Positions 50,148 through 60,825 of a stretch of 64,000 nucleotides of DNA are shown here, one piece after another. Numbering within the stretch: the first letter of the stretch is position 1; each line of letters opens with the position of its first letter. The position numbers were made by a program, and so were the translations under genes. The notes beneath the pieces are model-generated. The model was not told where the DNA came from and searched no databases. It worked only from the letters and a program-made list of their open reading frames with translations. The DNA lies in contig CAKMLH010000001.1 in NCBI GenBank assembly GCA_927797855.1, positions 19,044 to 83,043 of the forward strand. The letters run 5' to 3'. Source of the stretch: an uncultured Clostridia bacterium. GTDB taxonomy: Bacteria; Bacillota; Clostridia; Peptostreptococcales; Anaerovoracaceae.

Positions 50148-51020
50148 TTAATACTTTCTTCTGTTTTTTATTTCTTCCATATTTGCTGTGTAAGACTCAT
50201 ATCTTTTGCGATTAATTTTTCCGGCTTCCACGGCTGCCCTGACAGCACATCCCGGTTCTTTAAGGTGCCTGCAGTTGTCATAGTAGCAGCTGCCGGTGTA
50301 CCTGTCAATGTCGGGGTAGTAGTGCATCAGGCTGTCTTCCTCCGCATCCATTATGTCAAAGGAAGTAAATCCCGGAGTATCGAAAATTTTTCCTCCGCCC
50401 TCAGCATTAAAGATCTCCACATGTCTTGTAGTGTGTTTTCCCCTGCTGGTCTTTTCACTTATGCTTCCTGTTTCCATATTGGCATGGGGTATAAGTGAGT
50501 TGATAATGGTAGACTTGCCCACACCGGAAGGCCCTGCCAGAGCTGCTGTTTTCCCGGATATGGCCTGTTTCAGTTCACTCATTCCTTCACCGGTTTTTGC
50601 ACTTACAGCAATTACAGGATAAATATCTTCATACACAGCTTTGTATTCTTCCAGCTGTTTTTCAGATACCAGGTCTTTCTTATTAATGCATATTACGGCT
50701 TCAACTCCGCTCATTTCCGCCATAACCAGAAACTTGTCCACAAGTACGAGATTGGGTTTCGGCTTTGATGCGGCAAATACAACCACAAAAGTATCCACAT
50801 TGACTATAGGCGGTCTTATAAACTGATTTTTCCGGGGATAAATGCTGTTTATCACGCCTTTTTTTTCAGCCTCATCTATTATGGCAACCTCCACTCTGTC
50901 ACCAACGGCAAGAGTTATACCGTCTTTCTTGAATATTCCTCTTCCCCTGGCTTCGATTATTCCATCTTCAGTTTCCACATAGTAAAAGCCGCCTATTCCT
51001 TTTATTATCAGTCCATCCAT
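50148..51020 (-). CDS. rsgA: ribosome small-subunit-dependent GTPase A
   Basis: 290 aa with an OB N-terminus, a circularly permuted GTPase (NKKDL, GPSGVGKST) and a C-terminal Zn knuckle (C..C.H..EPGC). Confidence 0.93.
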   Translation of the reverse strand: MDGLIIKGIGGFYYVETEDGIIEARGRGIFKKDGITLAVGDRVEVAIIDEAEKKGVINSIYPRKNQFIRPPIVNVDTFVVVFAASKPKPNLVLVDKFLVMAEMSGVEAVICINKKDLVSEKQLEEYKAVYEDIYPVIAVSAKTGEGMSELKQAISGKTAALAGPSGVGKSTIINSLIPHANMETGSISEKTSRGKHTTRHVEIFNAEGGGKIFDTPGFTSFDIMDAEEDSLMHYYPDIDRYTGSCYYDNCRHLKEPGCAVRAAVEAGKINRKRYESYTANMEEIKNRRKY

Positions 51021-51026
51021 AGGCCT

Positions 51027-52781
51027 CTACTCATCTCCGCCGTAATCAGGGTCGATATCCATATCGGGATCTCCGCTTCCGCTGCCCTCAGGCTTCGTGC
51101 CTTTGCTTACTTTGTAGTCTACTGCAGTTCCCTTTTCCACCTCGGTATCCGCAGCAATGCTCTGCCAGAATACAAGGTTCTGAGCCATTCCTTCCACCTC
51201 TTCGTATACAACACTGCCGTTGGTGGAAAGACCTGCCTGAGACAGGAGACTGTTGGCTTCGTCAGGGGTTCTTCCTATAAGGTTAGGAACTTTAACCATT
51301 TCCTTACCCTTGCCGTTACTTATTTCAACATTGATTTCAGTTCCGCTTTTTGCCTGAGTCCCGTAAGGAACAGACTGGGATACGATTATTCCCTTAGGTA
51401 GAGGACTGTCTACCGTGACCCCCGGGCCCATTTTAAATCCGAAGGACTCAAGATATTCCTTGGCCTCGTCATAGTCCATGCCTTCTATTTTAGGCACAAC
51501 ACCATCTTTCTTGCCTTTGCTGATATTTACCGTTATTACCTTTCCCTCAGTAACTTTAGAGCCGCTGGCAGGATTCTGGGATGCAATAAAGCCTTCTTCC
51601 TGATCAGGGCTGAAGACAAGATCTCCTTCCTGTATTACAAGACCCTTTTCCTCTGCCTCTGCGGTGGCCTCCTCAAGAGTTTTTCCCACAAAGTTCGGCA
51701 CTGTTATCTCATCGCTTCCTCCAAACCAGCCGAGCATGGAGCCAAGACCTATAAGAGCTGCGATGGCCACAATGACAACTCCTATGACTATAAACAATGT
51801 CATTTTATTTTTATCTTTAGAGGAGTCGCTCCGTTCGTTTCTCTGCCTTTCCTTGCGAGCCGGCACCGGCGCCTCTTCTCCATTCTTTCTTTCCTGTTTT
51901 GGCTGTGAAGCATCTGAAGAATTGTCCTCCACAGCGAAAGCATTCTTGCCTATAACCTTGGTTACAAACTCTATATCCTCAAGGTCGCTTATCATCTCGT
52001 CAACATTTCTGTATCTGTTGCTCTGATACTTTTCCGTAGCCTTGTTTACAATTTTTTCAAGCTGTGGCGGAACCCCCGGCACTTCCTTTGTAAGGGACGG
52101 CATAGGATCATTGATATGCATCAGGGCAATTGATACCGGATTGTCTCCGTCAAAAGGCACTTTTCCGGTAAGCATCTCAAAAAGCACTATTCCCAGAGAA
52201 TATATGTCCGATCTTTCATCAACATATGCCCCTCTGGCCTGTTCAGGAGAGAAATAATGAACAGAGCCCATGATCTTGTTGCTGCCGCCTGCTATGGTTG
52301 CAGCGCTCACCGCTTTGGCAATTCCGAAGTCTGCCAGTTTTGCCACTCCCGTACTTGTAATCAGAATATTATGAGGTTTGATATCCCTATGTATAATCTG
52401 ATTTTTGTGGGCAAGGCTGAGGGCAGATGCCACCTGAAGGGTGATGTTTATGGCTTCTTTGTATTCAAGTCTTCCCTTTTCCTTTATGACCTCGCTGAGA
52501 GTTTTTCCGTCAATAAGCTCCATTACAATAAAATGGATATTGCCTTCCTTACCGACATCGTATACTCCTACAATATTGGGATGGGACAGGCCTGCGGCGG
52601 CCTGTGATTCACGTCTGAAGCTTTCAATAAACTGCTCGTCCTTTGTGTATTCCGGGCGAAGGATTTTAATGGCTACATATCTGTTGAGAAGTCTGTCCTT
52701 TCCCTTATAGACAACAGCCATGCCGCCTTCACCGATTTTTTCTATTAATTCATATCTTCCCGCAAGTAATTTATTGCTCAT
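51027..52781 (-). CDS. prkC: Ser/Thr protein kinase with PASTA repeats
   Basis: 584 aa with Hanks kinase motifs (GEGGMAVVYKG, HRDIKPHN, DFGIA), one TM segment and three PASTA-like repeats. Confidence 0.93.
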   Translation of the reverse strand: MSNKLLAGRYELIEKIGEGGMAVVYKGKDRLLNRYVAIKILRPEYTKDEQFIESFRRESQAAAGLSHPNIVGVYDVGKEGNIHFIVMELIDGKTLSEVIKEKGRLEYKEAINITLQVASALSLAHKNQIIHRDIKPHNILITSTGVAKLADFGIAKAVSAATIAGGSNKIMGSVHYFSPEQARGAYVDERSDIYSLGIVLFEMLTGKVPFDGDNPVSIALMHINDPMPSLTKEVPGVPPQLEKIVNKATEKYQSNRYRNVDEMISDLEDIEFVTKVIGKNAFAVEDNSSDASQPKQERKNGEEAPVPARKERQRNERSDSSKDKNKMTLFIVIGVVIVAIAALIGLGSMLGWFGGSDEITVPNFVGKTLEEATAEAEEKGLVIQEGDLVFSPDQEEGFIASQNPASGSKVTEGKVITVNISKGKKDGVVPKIEGMDYDEAKEYLESFGFKMGPGVTVDSPLPKGIIVSQSVPYGTQAKSGTEINVEISNGKGKEMVKVPNLIGRTPDEANSLLSQAGLSTNGSVVYEEVEGMAQNLVFWQSIAADTEVEKGTAVDYKVSKGTKPEGSGSGDPDMDIDPDYGGDE

Positions 52782-53520
52782 GGATATCTTCCTCCGTAAC
52801 CTTTAGACTGATAATCGTAATATTGTCACGTCCTCCGTTCTGATTGGCTCTTCTTACAAGCTCTCCGCATACATCGGACATGGAACGGTTCTCTCTGAGT
52901 ACCTGGATAATCTCCTGATTACCCACCTCATCGTACAAACCATCGGTGCATATGAGAAATATGTCATCCTTCATTATCTCCACCTGGAAAAAATCAGGCT
53001 CCACTGTAGGCTCAGCACCCAGAGCCTTTGTTATTACATTTTTGCGTTCGTCTACTGCAGCCTGCTCCTTGGAAAGTATTCCGGCCTTGACCAGTGTGTT
53101 TACATATGTATGATCTTCCGTAAGCTGGACAAGCTGGCCGTTCCTGTAAAGATACACCCTGCTGTCTCCCACATTTGTTATGTAGGCCTTGCCGCAGACT
53201 GCATACACTATTATGGCCGTAGTAGCCATACCCGTGTTTTCTTCATAGGTGTTGGCCATCTGGAATATCTTGCTGTTAGCCTGATCAATACAGTCCTGCA
53301 GATAATTAACTATGGCATACTTGTTTTTTACTTCTGCAATGGGATGCTCCACAACATAATTTGCAATTTCATTTACTGCGGTTCTGCTGGCAATTTCTCC
53401 GGCATTACCGCCTCCTACCCCGTCGGCAACGACATAAACCTTGTCGGGCAGCAGTACAAAACATGCATCTTCGTTATTGCTGCGCTTTAAGCCTTTATCG
53501 GATTTGAAACCGACCTGCAT
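52771..53520 (-). CDS. stp: PP2C-family Ser/Thr phosphatase
   Basis: 249 aa with NEDA, ADGVGG and DGL...V motifs. It is adjacent to and overlaps prkC. Confidence 0.92.
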   Translation of the reverse strand: MQVGFKSDKGLKRSNNEDACFVLLPDKVYVVADGVGGGNAGEIASRTAVNEIANYVVEHPIAEVKNKYAIVNYLQDCIDQANSKIFQMANTYEENTGMATTAIIVYAVCGKAYITNVGDSRVYLYRNGQLVQLTEDHTYVNTLVKAGILSKEQAAVDERKNVITKALGAEPTVEPDFFQVEIMKDDIFLICTDGLYDEVGNQEIIQVLRENRSMSDVCGELVRRANQNGGRDNITIISLKVTEEDIHEQ

Positions 53521-53526
53521 TTTCTG

Positions 53527-54801
53527 CTACTCCTTTCTCATCTTACACATGAAGAAGCCGTCTGTGCCTTCTTCGGGAAACAGCTGTTTTTTCTGGACTA
53601 TCCTGAATTCCCCGTTTTCTTTCAGGAAATTCACTATCTGCTCATCGTTTTCTGCCGGATTGATTGTGCATGTGCTGTAAACCAGCACTCCCCCTCTGCG
53701 CACATATTGTGCTGATGAGCATAGAATTTCATGCTGACGTAAAATCAGCTCATCCATATCTTTATTATCTTTATACTTTATCTCCGGCTTTCGTCTTATT
53801 ACACCAAGCCCGGAGCAGGGGACATCTGCAAGGACCTTATCAGCACATTCTGTCAGATTCGTATCCGGTTTTCTGCTGTCTCTCAGTATCAGTCTGATAT
53901 TATTAAGCCCTGCTCTTTGAGATTGCGCCTCCATAAGCTTCAGTTTGTGTTCGTACTTATCCATTGCATAAATCACACCCTCGCCTGCCATAAGCTCTGC
54001 AGTTGCGAAAGTCTTGCCTCCGGGGGCTGCACACACATCTATTACCCTGTCTCCCGGCGCTGCGCCCAGCATATCCGACACCATTACAGATGCTTGGTCC
54101 TGAACGGAAAACATTCCTTCACAGTAAGGCTCACTTTCCATAAGCCTGCTGCCTCTTACAAGAAGGGCTCTCCTAGAAAAATGAGAATCGAAAACTTCAA
54201 ACCCCAGATCCGTAAGCCTCTCCTTTAGCTGAGGCACGGATGTCTTCATAATATTGACCCTGATTGACAGCTGGGGAGTCTGGTTGGAGGCCTTAAGGAT
54301 TTCCTCCGTCTTTTCCTCTCCGTAGGCCTTTATCCATAGCTCCGCTATCCATGGCTCTACAGAATACAGGACAGAAAAGTAATGTGCGGTGCCTCTGCTT
54401 CTGTCCGGCCCTTTCAGGTTGTTCCTGTTTCTTATATATGACCTTAAGACACCGTTTATAAAGCCTTCCCGTCCCCTTGCCTCTTTTTTTGCGAGATTCA
54501 CTGTCTCGTTTACCGCTGCAAATTCCGGAACCGAATTCATAAAGGAAAGCTGGTAGGCTCCAATCCGTAAAAGCATGAGATCCGGCTTTTTCACTTTACT
54601 AAGTCCTGTTTTTACCAGCTGACCTATATACCAGTCCAGCAGATACTTATTTTTCAGAACTCCGTATACAAGTTCACGTACAAATGCAGGGCTGTCAGGA
54701 TTGTTTCTTGATATGAAGCTGTTTAAAGACAGGTTGGAATATGCACCGTTTTTTTCCACATCCATAAGAACCTGAAAAGCCGTTTTTCTGTTTAAATCCA
54801 T
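53527..54801 (-). CDS. rsmB: 16S rRNA (cytosine967-C5)-methyltransferase
   Basis: 424 aa with a NusB-like N-terminus, DVCAAPGGKT, DVPCSGLG and YSTCT. Confidence 0.92.
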   Translation of the reverse strand: MDLNRKTAFQVLMDVEKNGAYSNLSLNSFISRNNPDSPAFVRELVYGVLKNKYLLDWYIGQLVKTGLSKVKKPDLMLLRIGAYQLSFMNSVPEFAAVNETVNLAKKEARGREGFINGVLRSYIRNRNNLKGPDRSRGTAHYFSVLYSVEPWIAELWIKAYGEEKTEEILKASNQTPQLSIRVNIMKTSVPQLKERLTDLGFEVFDSHFSRRALLVRGSRLMESEPYCEGMFSVQDQASVMVSDMLGAAPGDRVIDVCAAPGGKTFATAELMAGEGVIYAMDKYEHKLKLMEAQSQRAGLNNIRLILRDSRKPDTNLTECADKVLADVPCSGLGVIRRKPEIKYKDNKDMDELILRQHEILCSSAQYVRRGGVLVYSTCTINPAENDEQIVNFLKENGEFRIVQKKQLFPEEGTDGFFMCKMRKE

Positions 54802-55493
54802 CAGTCTCTTCCTCTGATCGCCAGCATTCTGAGAAGATTTGCCACAGCAGTGGCCAGTGCGGCCACATAAGTCATTGCCGCCGCTCTCAGAACCTTTTTT
54901 GCACCTGTATTTTCCTCTTCTGTAATAATACCCAGCTGGTCCATCTGTTTAAGAGCCCTGCTGCTGGCATTAAACTCTACCGGCAGAGTAATCGTATGGA
55001 AAAGAATAACTGCAGCCATAGCAATTATACCGATATTAAACAGCGTATCTCCCATATAGCTTCCGTTGGCAAGAAGTATAATTCCTAAAATAACAAGGGG
55101 CCAGCAGAGATTTGACGCGAAATTTACCACCGGCACTATAGCGTTCCTCACTTTAAGAGGCATATAGCTTTCCGCATGCTGAACTGCATGACCTGCCTCA
55201 TGACAGGCAACGCTTACTGCGGCAATAGAGTTCACCCCGTAAACCGACTGAGAAAGTCTCAAAACCCTTTTTCTGGGATCATAGTGATCTGTAAGACTTC
55301 CCCTTACCTGCTGAATCTCAACGTTTCCCAGACCGTTGGCATCTAGCATTCTTCTGGCGGCTTCAGCTCCCGTCATATTTCTTGAATTTCTTATATTTGA
55401 ATATCTTCTGAAATTTGAACTTACCTTTGCCTGCGCATACATGGTAAAGATGATGGCAGGTATAAGAATAATCATTGAAGCGTAATAGCCCAT
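54801..55493 (-). CDS. YugP-type membrane zinc metallopeptidase
   Basis: 230 aa with TM segments and the HEAGHAVQH motif. Its TGATG stop/start overlaps rsmB. Confidence 0.8.
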   Translation of the reverse strand: MGYYASMIILIPAIIFTMYAQAKVSSNFRRYSNIRNSRNMTGAEAARRMLDANGLGNVEIQQVRGSLTDHYDPRKRVLRLSQSVYGVNSIAAVSVACHEAGHAVQHAESYMPLKVRNAIVPVVNFASNLCWPLVILGIILLANGSYMGDTLFNIGIIAMAAVILFHTITLPVEFNASSRALKQMDQLGIITEEENTGAKKVLRAAAMTYVAALATAVANLLRMLAIRGRD

Positions 55494-55513
55494 ATATAAT
55501 TCCTCCCTTGATT

Positions 55514-56446
55514 TTATCTCAAAACTGTTCCCGCTGCAATGCGGTTTCCCTTCAGATACTCCTTTACTTCTACTCTTTTTTTGCCCGGTACCTGTATTTC
55601 AGTTACCATAATAGCTCTTCCTCCGCATGCTATTTTTATTCCCCTTTCATCTGCGGATATTACCGTTCCCGGTTTTATGCCCTCTGTTGTTTCCTCAAGG
55701 GGTTCTGCCTTCCACAGCTTCATAGTCATGTCTTCATAACTGCAGAAAGCTCCCGGCCAGGGATCAAAGCCCCTTATCAGCCTCTCTATCTCCTCAGGAC
55801 TTTTTTCAAAGGATATTTTCCCGTCCTGTTTTGATATCATATAAGCGTAGGTGGAAATGCTGTCATCCTGCTTTTCCGGATGTACCCTGCCTTCTGCTAT
55901 CATGTCCAGAGTCTCAAGAAGAAGCCTTGAGCCTATCTCTGCAAGTCTGTCGTGAAGCTGACTGTAGTTCATTCTGCCTATTTCAACTGACTCTTTAAGC
56001 AGCATATCACCTGTATCAAGGCCCTCTGCCATCTGCATTATGGTCACGCCTGTCTCTTTTTCTCCGTCGATTATAGCCTTCTGGATAGGTGCAGCACCTC
56101 TGAGCTTAGGAAGCAGTGATGCATGGACATTTACGCAGCCGTATTTTGGGATATCAAGGACATCCTTTGGCAGAATCTGTCCATAGGCGGCTACTATCAT
56201 AATATCCGGTGCACATTCTCTGAGGAGAGCGATAAATTCATCATTTCCCCGTACTTTTTCCGGCTGCAGGACTTCTATGCCTTTTTCCAGTGCCAGCTCC
56301 TTGACCGGCGTATACTGGACTTTCTTTCCCCTGTTTTTAGCCTTGTCAGGCTGTGTAACTGCATAAGCCACGTCATGACGGCTTCCTGCAAGGGCATCCA
56401 GTATGATTGCCGCAAAATCAGGAGTTCCCATAAATACTGTCTTCAT
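55514..56446 (-). CDS. fmt: methionyl-tRNA formyltransferase
   Basis: 310 aa with VFMGTPDFA, NVHASLLPKLRGAAPI and a C-terminal OB-like domain. Confidence 0.95.
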   Translation of the reverse strand: MKTVFMGTPDFAAIILDALAGSRHDVAYAVTQPDKAKNRGKKVQYTPVKELALEKGIEVLQPEKVRGNDEFIALLRECAPDIMIVAAYGQILPKDVLDIPKYGCVNVHASLLPKLRGAAPIQKAIIDGEKETGVTIMQMAEGLDTGDMLLKESVEIGRMNYSQLHDRLAEIGSRLLLETLDMIAEGRVHPEKQDDSISTYAYMISKQDGKISFEKSPEEIERLIRGFDPWPGAFCSYEDMTMKLWKAEPLEETTEGIKPGTVISADERGIKIACGGRAIMVTEIQVPGKKRVEVKEYLKGNRIAAGTVLR

Positions 56447-56940
56447 TATTCTTCCTCGTCCTCGTAATCGTCATAATACTCTTCAGCGGCAGGTCTGATG
56501 TTTGTTGCCTTATCTGTGAAGAGTATTCCGTCAAGATGGTCGCTTTCGTGACACATTACTCTGGCATCGAAATCTCTGAATTCGTAGATCTGTCTGTTTC
56601 CGTCAAGGCCTGTGGCTTCAATCTTGATGTAATCAGGTCTCTCTACAGAACCTATCATTCCCGGTACGCTGAGACATCCTTCATCGTCTGTCTGGCTTCC
56701 GCTCTTTTCCAGAATTACCGGATTGATCATATAATATACTCTTCCCGGTTCAGGTTCTGCCACAAACATTCTTCTCATTACTCCAACCTGAGGGCCTGCA
56801 ATGCCGACGCCGTGTGAATCTCGCATGGTTTCGAGCATATCCTCCAGGGTCATTTTAATTCTGTCTGTGACCTCTGTCACCTCTCTGCATTTTTTTCTCA
56901 GTATTTCGTCGCCTTCAACGACCACATGTCTTATTGCCAT
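56446..56940 (-). CDS. def: peptide deformylase
   Basis: The start is at MAIRHV (56940) behind GGAGG. Motifs seen: GVGIAGPQVG, EGCLSVPG and HESDHLDG. Confidence 0.95.
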   Translation of the reverse strand: MAIRHVVVEGDEILRKKCREVTEVTDRIKMTLEDMLETMRDSHGVGIAGPQVGVMRRMFVAEPEPGRVYYMINPVILEKSGSQTDDEGCLSVPGMIGSVERPDYIKIEATGLDGNRQIYEFRDFDARVMCHESDHLDGILFTDKATNIRPAAEEYYDDYEDEEE

Positions 56941-56958
56941 ATGAAACATTCCTCCGTT

Positions 56959-59004
56959 TTAATAAAAGCTGTATGGATTCACATCTATTCCCACTGTGCA
57001 GTCCGATTTATTCTTAAGCAGAATTCTGCTGAAACTGTCAAGGTAATATACATATCTTCCCCGTTCTCCTTTGGGGCACTTGATGATAAGGTAATATCTG
57101 AAGCTGTTTCTGCCTCTGAACCCTCCGGCCGCCTTCGGCGAAAGTATTTTCCCCTCTGCCGCCTTCAGATCGCCTTCCTTTGCTGCCCCGGACAAAGCCT
57201 TCTCCATATAAAGTCTGCATCTCTTCGCACAGTCCCAGGCTGTTTCCTCCTCCGGCGCAGTCAGGTTCACCATTATTATATCACCAAAAGGCGGATATCC
57301 CATGATCTTCCTTTGTGCCGCTTCTATGTTGAAAAATCCCTCGTAATCGTGGTTTGCGGCTGCTGTAACAGCGTAGTTTTCCGGATCATAGGTCTGAACT
57401 ATTACAAGTCCCTGCTTTTGGCCTCTGCCTGCTCTTCCGGCCACCTGTGTTATAAGCTGAAATGTTCTTTCACAGGACCGGTAATCGGGAATGTTAAGGG
57501 TAACATCGGCCCCAATGACTCCCACGACTCCGACGCTGTCAAAATCAAGGCCCTTGGCTACCATCTGAGTTCCCACAAGAATATCCGTCTTTTTCTTTGA
57601 AAAATCCCCCAGAATTCTGTCAACATCTTTTCTGTTTTTTACAGCATCCAAATCAAGCCTTCCGGTAACAGCCTGAGGAAAGAATTTTTTTATCTCGTCC
57701 TCAACCTTCTCCGTGCCTGTGCCAAAGAACTTTATGTATCTGCTGCCGCATTCAGGACACTTTTCCGGTACGGGAAATTCACGTCCGCAGTAATGGCATA
57801 CCAGGGACTCTCCCTCTTTCCCGTGCTTATGGTATGTAAGTGAAATACCGCATTCCGGGCATTTCATAACCTTGCCGCACTCCCGGCAGGATACGAAATT
57901 GGAATAGCCTCTCCTGTTCTGGAGAAGAATAACCTGTCTGCCCTCTTTAAGTGTATCCTCAATGGCGCGGTAAAGACTGCTGCTGAAAACAGACGTATTG
58001 CCTTTTCTCAGTTCTTCTCTCATGTCCGCAATCTCAACCTGCGGAAGAGGTGTCTTATTGTATCTTTCTTTTAACTCTATTAATTTATATATTCCGTCTT
58101 TACATCTCTGATAAGATGTTACAGACGGTGTCGCGCTTCCCAATACCAGTACTCCGCTGTAATACTGAAGCCTCTTTGCGGCCACCTCAACGGTATCATA
58201 CTTTGGTGTCATGTCAGCCTTATATGTGGCTTCATGCTCTTCGTCCATTATTATTGCGCCGATATTCTCCAGCGGCGCAAATACGCCCATTCTGGCTCCG
58301 ATTACTATTGGCGCGCTGCCTTCCTTTATGCGCTGCCACTCGTCATATCTTTCCCGCGGCGTCAGTCTGCTATGCATTACTGCGATTCTGTCTTTTCCGA
58401 ATCTCCCTGCAAAACGCTCAATCATCTGTCCTGTAAGAGATATTTCCGGAACAAGCATTATTGCTGTCCTTCCAAGACTCAGGCACCTGTCTATGACTTC
58501 CATATACACTTCCGTTTTGCCGCTGGCAGTTACTCCGTGTATAAGAAAAATCTCCTGTTTTTTTTCATCCACCGCTTTGCCTATTTCATCTGCGGCTTCC
58601 TGCTGCTCCTTTGTCAGAGCCTCAGGACGATTGTACTTTCCCTCTACATCTTTGTAGGGTTCCTTTTTCCTGCCCTCTCTGGCAGGCTTGCCGCCGGGGA
58701 TAAAGCAGCGTACACCGTCAAAATATCTTATGGCGTACCTCTGCTTCATCCATCTGGCAGTCTTTATAATCTCCTCTGTGAGAGATTCACTTTCCCGCAC
58801 TTCCAGAATGTCCTTCAGCTTTTCCTCTGAGCATTCCGGATTATCTGTAACCTCGAACACAAAGCCTTCCTTAGGTCTGTTCTTGGCCCCAAAAGGCACT
58901 ATAACCTTGGCTCCCACAAAAATATCATCCCTGTCAGTACGATATGTGAAAAAATTATCTGTATACCTGCTTTTGTTTTCGACGATTACATTTATGTACT
59001 TCAT
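56959..59004 (-). CDS. priA: primosomal replication-restart helicase PriA
   Basis: 681 aa with GVTASGKTEVY Walker A, DEEH and a Cys-rich insertion (CRECG...CPECG...CHYCG...CPECG). Confidence 0.93.
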   Translation of the reverse strand: MKYINVIVENKSRYTDNFFTYRTDRDDIFVGAKVIVPFGAKNRPKEGFVFEVTDNPECSEEKLKDILEVRESESLTEEIIKTARWMKQRYAIRYFDGVRCFIPGGKPAREGRKKEPYKDVEGKYNRPEALTKEQQEAADEIGKAVDEKKQEIFLIHGVTASGKTEVYMEVIDRCLSLGRTAIMLVPEISLTGQMIERFAGRFGKDRIAVMHSRLTPRERYDEWQRIKEGSAPIVIGARMGVFAPLENIGAIIMDEEHEATYKADMTPKYDTVEVAAKRLQYYSGVLVLGSATPSVTSYQRCKDGIYKLIELKERYNKTPLPQVEIADMREELRKGNTSVFSSSLYRAIEDTLKEGRQVILLQNRRGYSNFVSCRECGKVMKCPECGISLTYHKHGKEGESLVCHYCGREFPVPEKCPECGSRYIKFFGTGTEKVEDEIKKFFPQAVTGRLDLDAVKNRKDVDRILGDFSKKKTDILVGTQMVAKGLDFDSVGVVGVIGADVTLNIPDYRSCERTFQLITQVAGRAGRGQKQGLVIVQTYDPENYAVTAAANHDYEGFFNIEAAQRKIMGYPPFGDIIMVNLTAPEEETAWDCAKRCRLYMEKALSGAAKEGDLKAAEGKILSPKAAGGFRGRNSFRYYLIIKCPKGERGRYVYYLDSFSRILLKNKSDCTVGIDVNPYSFY

Positions 59005-59013
59005 ATTCCTTCC

Positions 59014-60024
59014 TTAGAGCAGATGAATATTGTGTGCCTCGCATTCCTTTATCATTTCTTCAGGCCATACGGATACCTGAACTTCGCCGATATGAGCTTT
59101 TCTGAGGAAATACATACACAGTCTGCTCTGTCCGATTCCTCCGCCTATAGTGTACGGCAGTCTGTCTTCAATAACGGCCTTCTGGAATTCAAGTTCTGCT
59201 CTTTCCATGCAGCCTTCAGCTTCAAGCTGTCTCTTCATAGCTTCCGAATCAACCCGGATACCCATGGATGAAATTTCGAAAGCTCTGTCAAGAACTTCGT
59301 TCCAGAGGATTATATCACCGTTGAGTTCCCAGTCATCGTAGTCAGGTGAACGTCCGTCGTGTTTTTCACCTGAGGCCAGTCTTCCCCCGATTTTCATAAT
59401 GAAGACTGCACCATGCTCCTTGGTGATGGCATCTTCTCTTTCCTTAGGTGTAAGGTCAGGGTACATAGCCTCAAGTTCTCTGGTTGTTATAAAGAATATC
59501 TCGTTGGGAATTTCCGTCTGAATGTTTCTGTAAAGTCTGTTTACATAGTCCCCGAGGTTTTTAACGGCATTATAGATTGTAGTTACCGTCTCCTTCAGAT
59601 ATTCCTCTGTTCTCTGCTCCTTTGTGATAACCTTTTCCCAGTCCCACTGGTCTACATATACGGAATGAAGATTGTCAAGCTCTTCATCACGTCTGATGGC
59701 GTTCATGTCCGTATATATGCCGTGACCCGGCTCAATTCCGTATTTTCCCAGGGCCATTCTTTTCCACTTTGCAAGGGACTGAACCACCTCAACCTTCATC
59801 TCATCTATATCCTTTAATGTGAATTCAACTCTTCTCTCCACGCCGTTGAGGTTGTCGTTAAGTCCTGTTTTAGGATCTACAAAGAGAGGTGCGGAAACTC
59901 TGCGAAGGTTTAATCCGTATGCCAGTTCCTGCTGAAAATAATCCTTGATTTTTTTTATCGCCCTCTGGCTTTCCATAAGGTCGATAGGTGATTGATAGTT
60001 TTCCGGTAAAATTAAGTGTGCCAT
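59014..60024 (-). CDS. asnA: aspartate--ammonia ligase
   Basis: 336 aa with the AsnA-type class II synthetase-like fold ([25 protein letters not shown]). Confidence 0.9.
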   Translation of the reverse strand: MAHLILPENYQSPIDLMESQRAIKKIKDYFQQELAYGLNLRRVSAPLFVDPKTGLNDNLNGVERRVEFTLKDIDEMKVEVVQSLAKWKRMALGKYGIEPGHGIYTDMNAIRRDEELDNLHSVYVDQWDWEKVITKEQRTEEYLKETVTTIYNAVKNLGDYVNRLYRNIQTEIPNEIFFITTRELEAMYPDLTPKEREDAITKEHGAVFIMKIGGRLASGEKHDGRSPDYDDWELNGDIILWNEVLDRAFEISSMGIRVDSEAMKRQLEAEGCMERAELEFQKAVIEDRLPYTIGGGIGQSRLCMYFLRKAHIGEVQVSVWPEEMIKECEAHNIHLL

Positions 60025-60068
60025 AATCTAGTCCTCCGTTTATGTAAATTAATTTTTTGTCTCTTTTA

Positions 60069-60734
60069 TTATTCTTTTTCCTCTTCGGTGCGCCTGGAAT
60101 ATACGCAGCCGCAGTAATTCTGCCGATAAAGCCCATATTCCTTTGACATCTGGATGCTCCGCTGAAAGCCTGCTTTTTTCTTGAAATCCACGTCGAGAAA
60201 TTCTATGCCGTAAACTCTCTCAAGCTCTGTTCCGATGGCGGAAATCAGCATATAATTCTTGTGAGGGCTTACTGTAAGAGTCGTTCCGAACATGGAGTTT
60301 CCCGTCTTAAGAGCTACCTGGGCGGTACGCTCCATTCTCAGCTTAAAGCATTCCGTGCACCGTCTGCCCCCTTCCGGTTCGTTGCTGAAGCCGGAACATA
60401 CCTCAAAGAAGTCGTCCGGCAGATATTCTCCTTCAATAAACTCCACCCTGTCATCCTCGGAAATCCGCTCATTGTATTCCTTAAGAAATTTAATCTGTGC
60501 TTCTCTGCGCTTTTCGTATTCTTCTCTGTCCGTAATGTTCGGGTTATAGAAGAACACCGTCACTTTGTAGTCAGGCAAAAGCCTCTCGATACAGGCTGTA
60601 CTGCATGGTCCGCAGCAGGAATGCAGAAGCACGGTTCTCTTCTCGGCCTTCGGCTCCGGCTGTACCTGAAACAGGTCTGTGTTATCTATTTCATTGTTTC
60701 TTACACGGGCACATGCCCCGGCCTTTTTAACCAT
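60069..60734 (-). CDS. queH: epoxyqueuosine reductase QueH
   Basis: 221 aa with LLHSCCGPCS and the downstream Cys motifs of the DUF208/QueH family. Confidence 0.85.
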   Translation of the reverse strand: MVKKAGACARVRNNEIDNTDLFQVQPEPKAEKRTVLLHSCCGPCSTACIERLLPDYKVTVFFYNPNITDREEYEKRREAQIKFLKEYNERISEDDRVEFIEGEYLPDDFFEVCSGFSNEPEGGRRCTECFKLRMERTAQVALKTGNSMFGTTLTVSPHKNYMLISAIGTELERVYGIEFLDVDFKKKAGFQRSIQMSKEYGLYRQNYCGCVYSRRTEEEKE

Positions 60735-60825
60735 AGCCTCTTCCCTTTCTTGACAAGATTTATTTTATCATATAGATTATATAGTATAGCACATTTTTGC
60801 GTAAATTTAAAGGGAAAATCACAAG

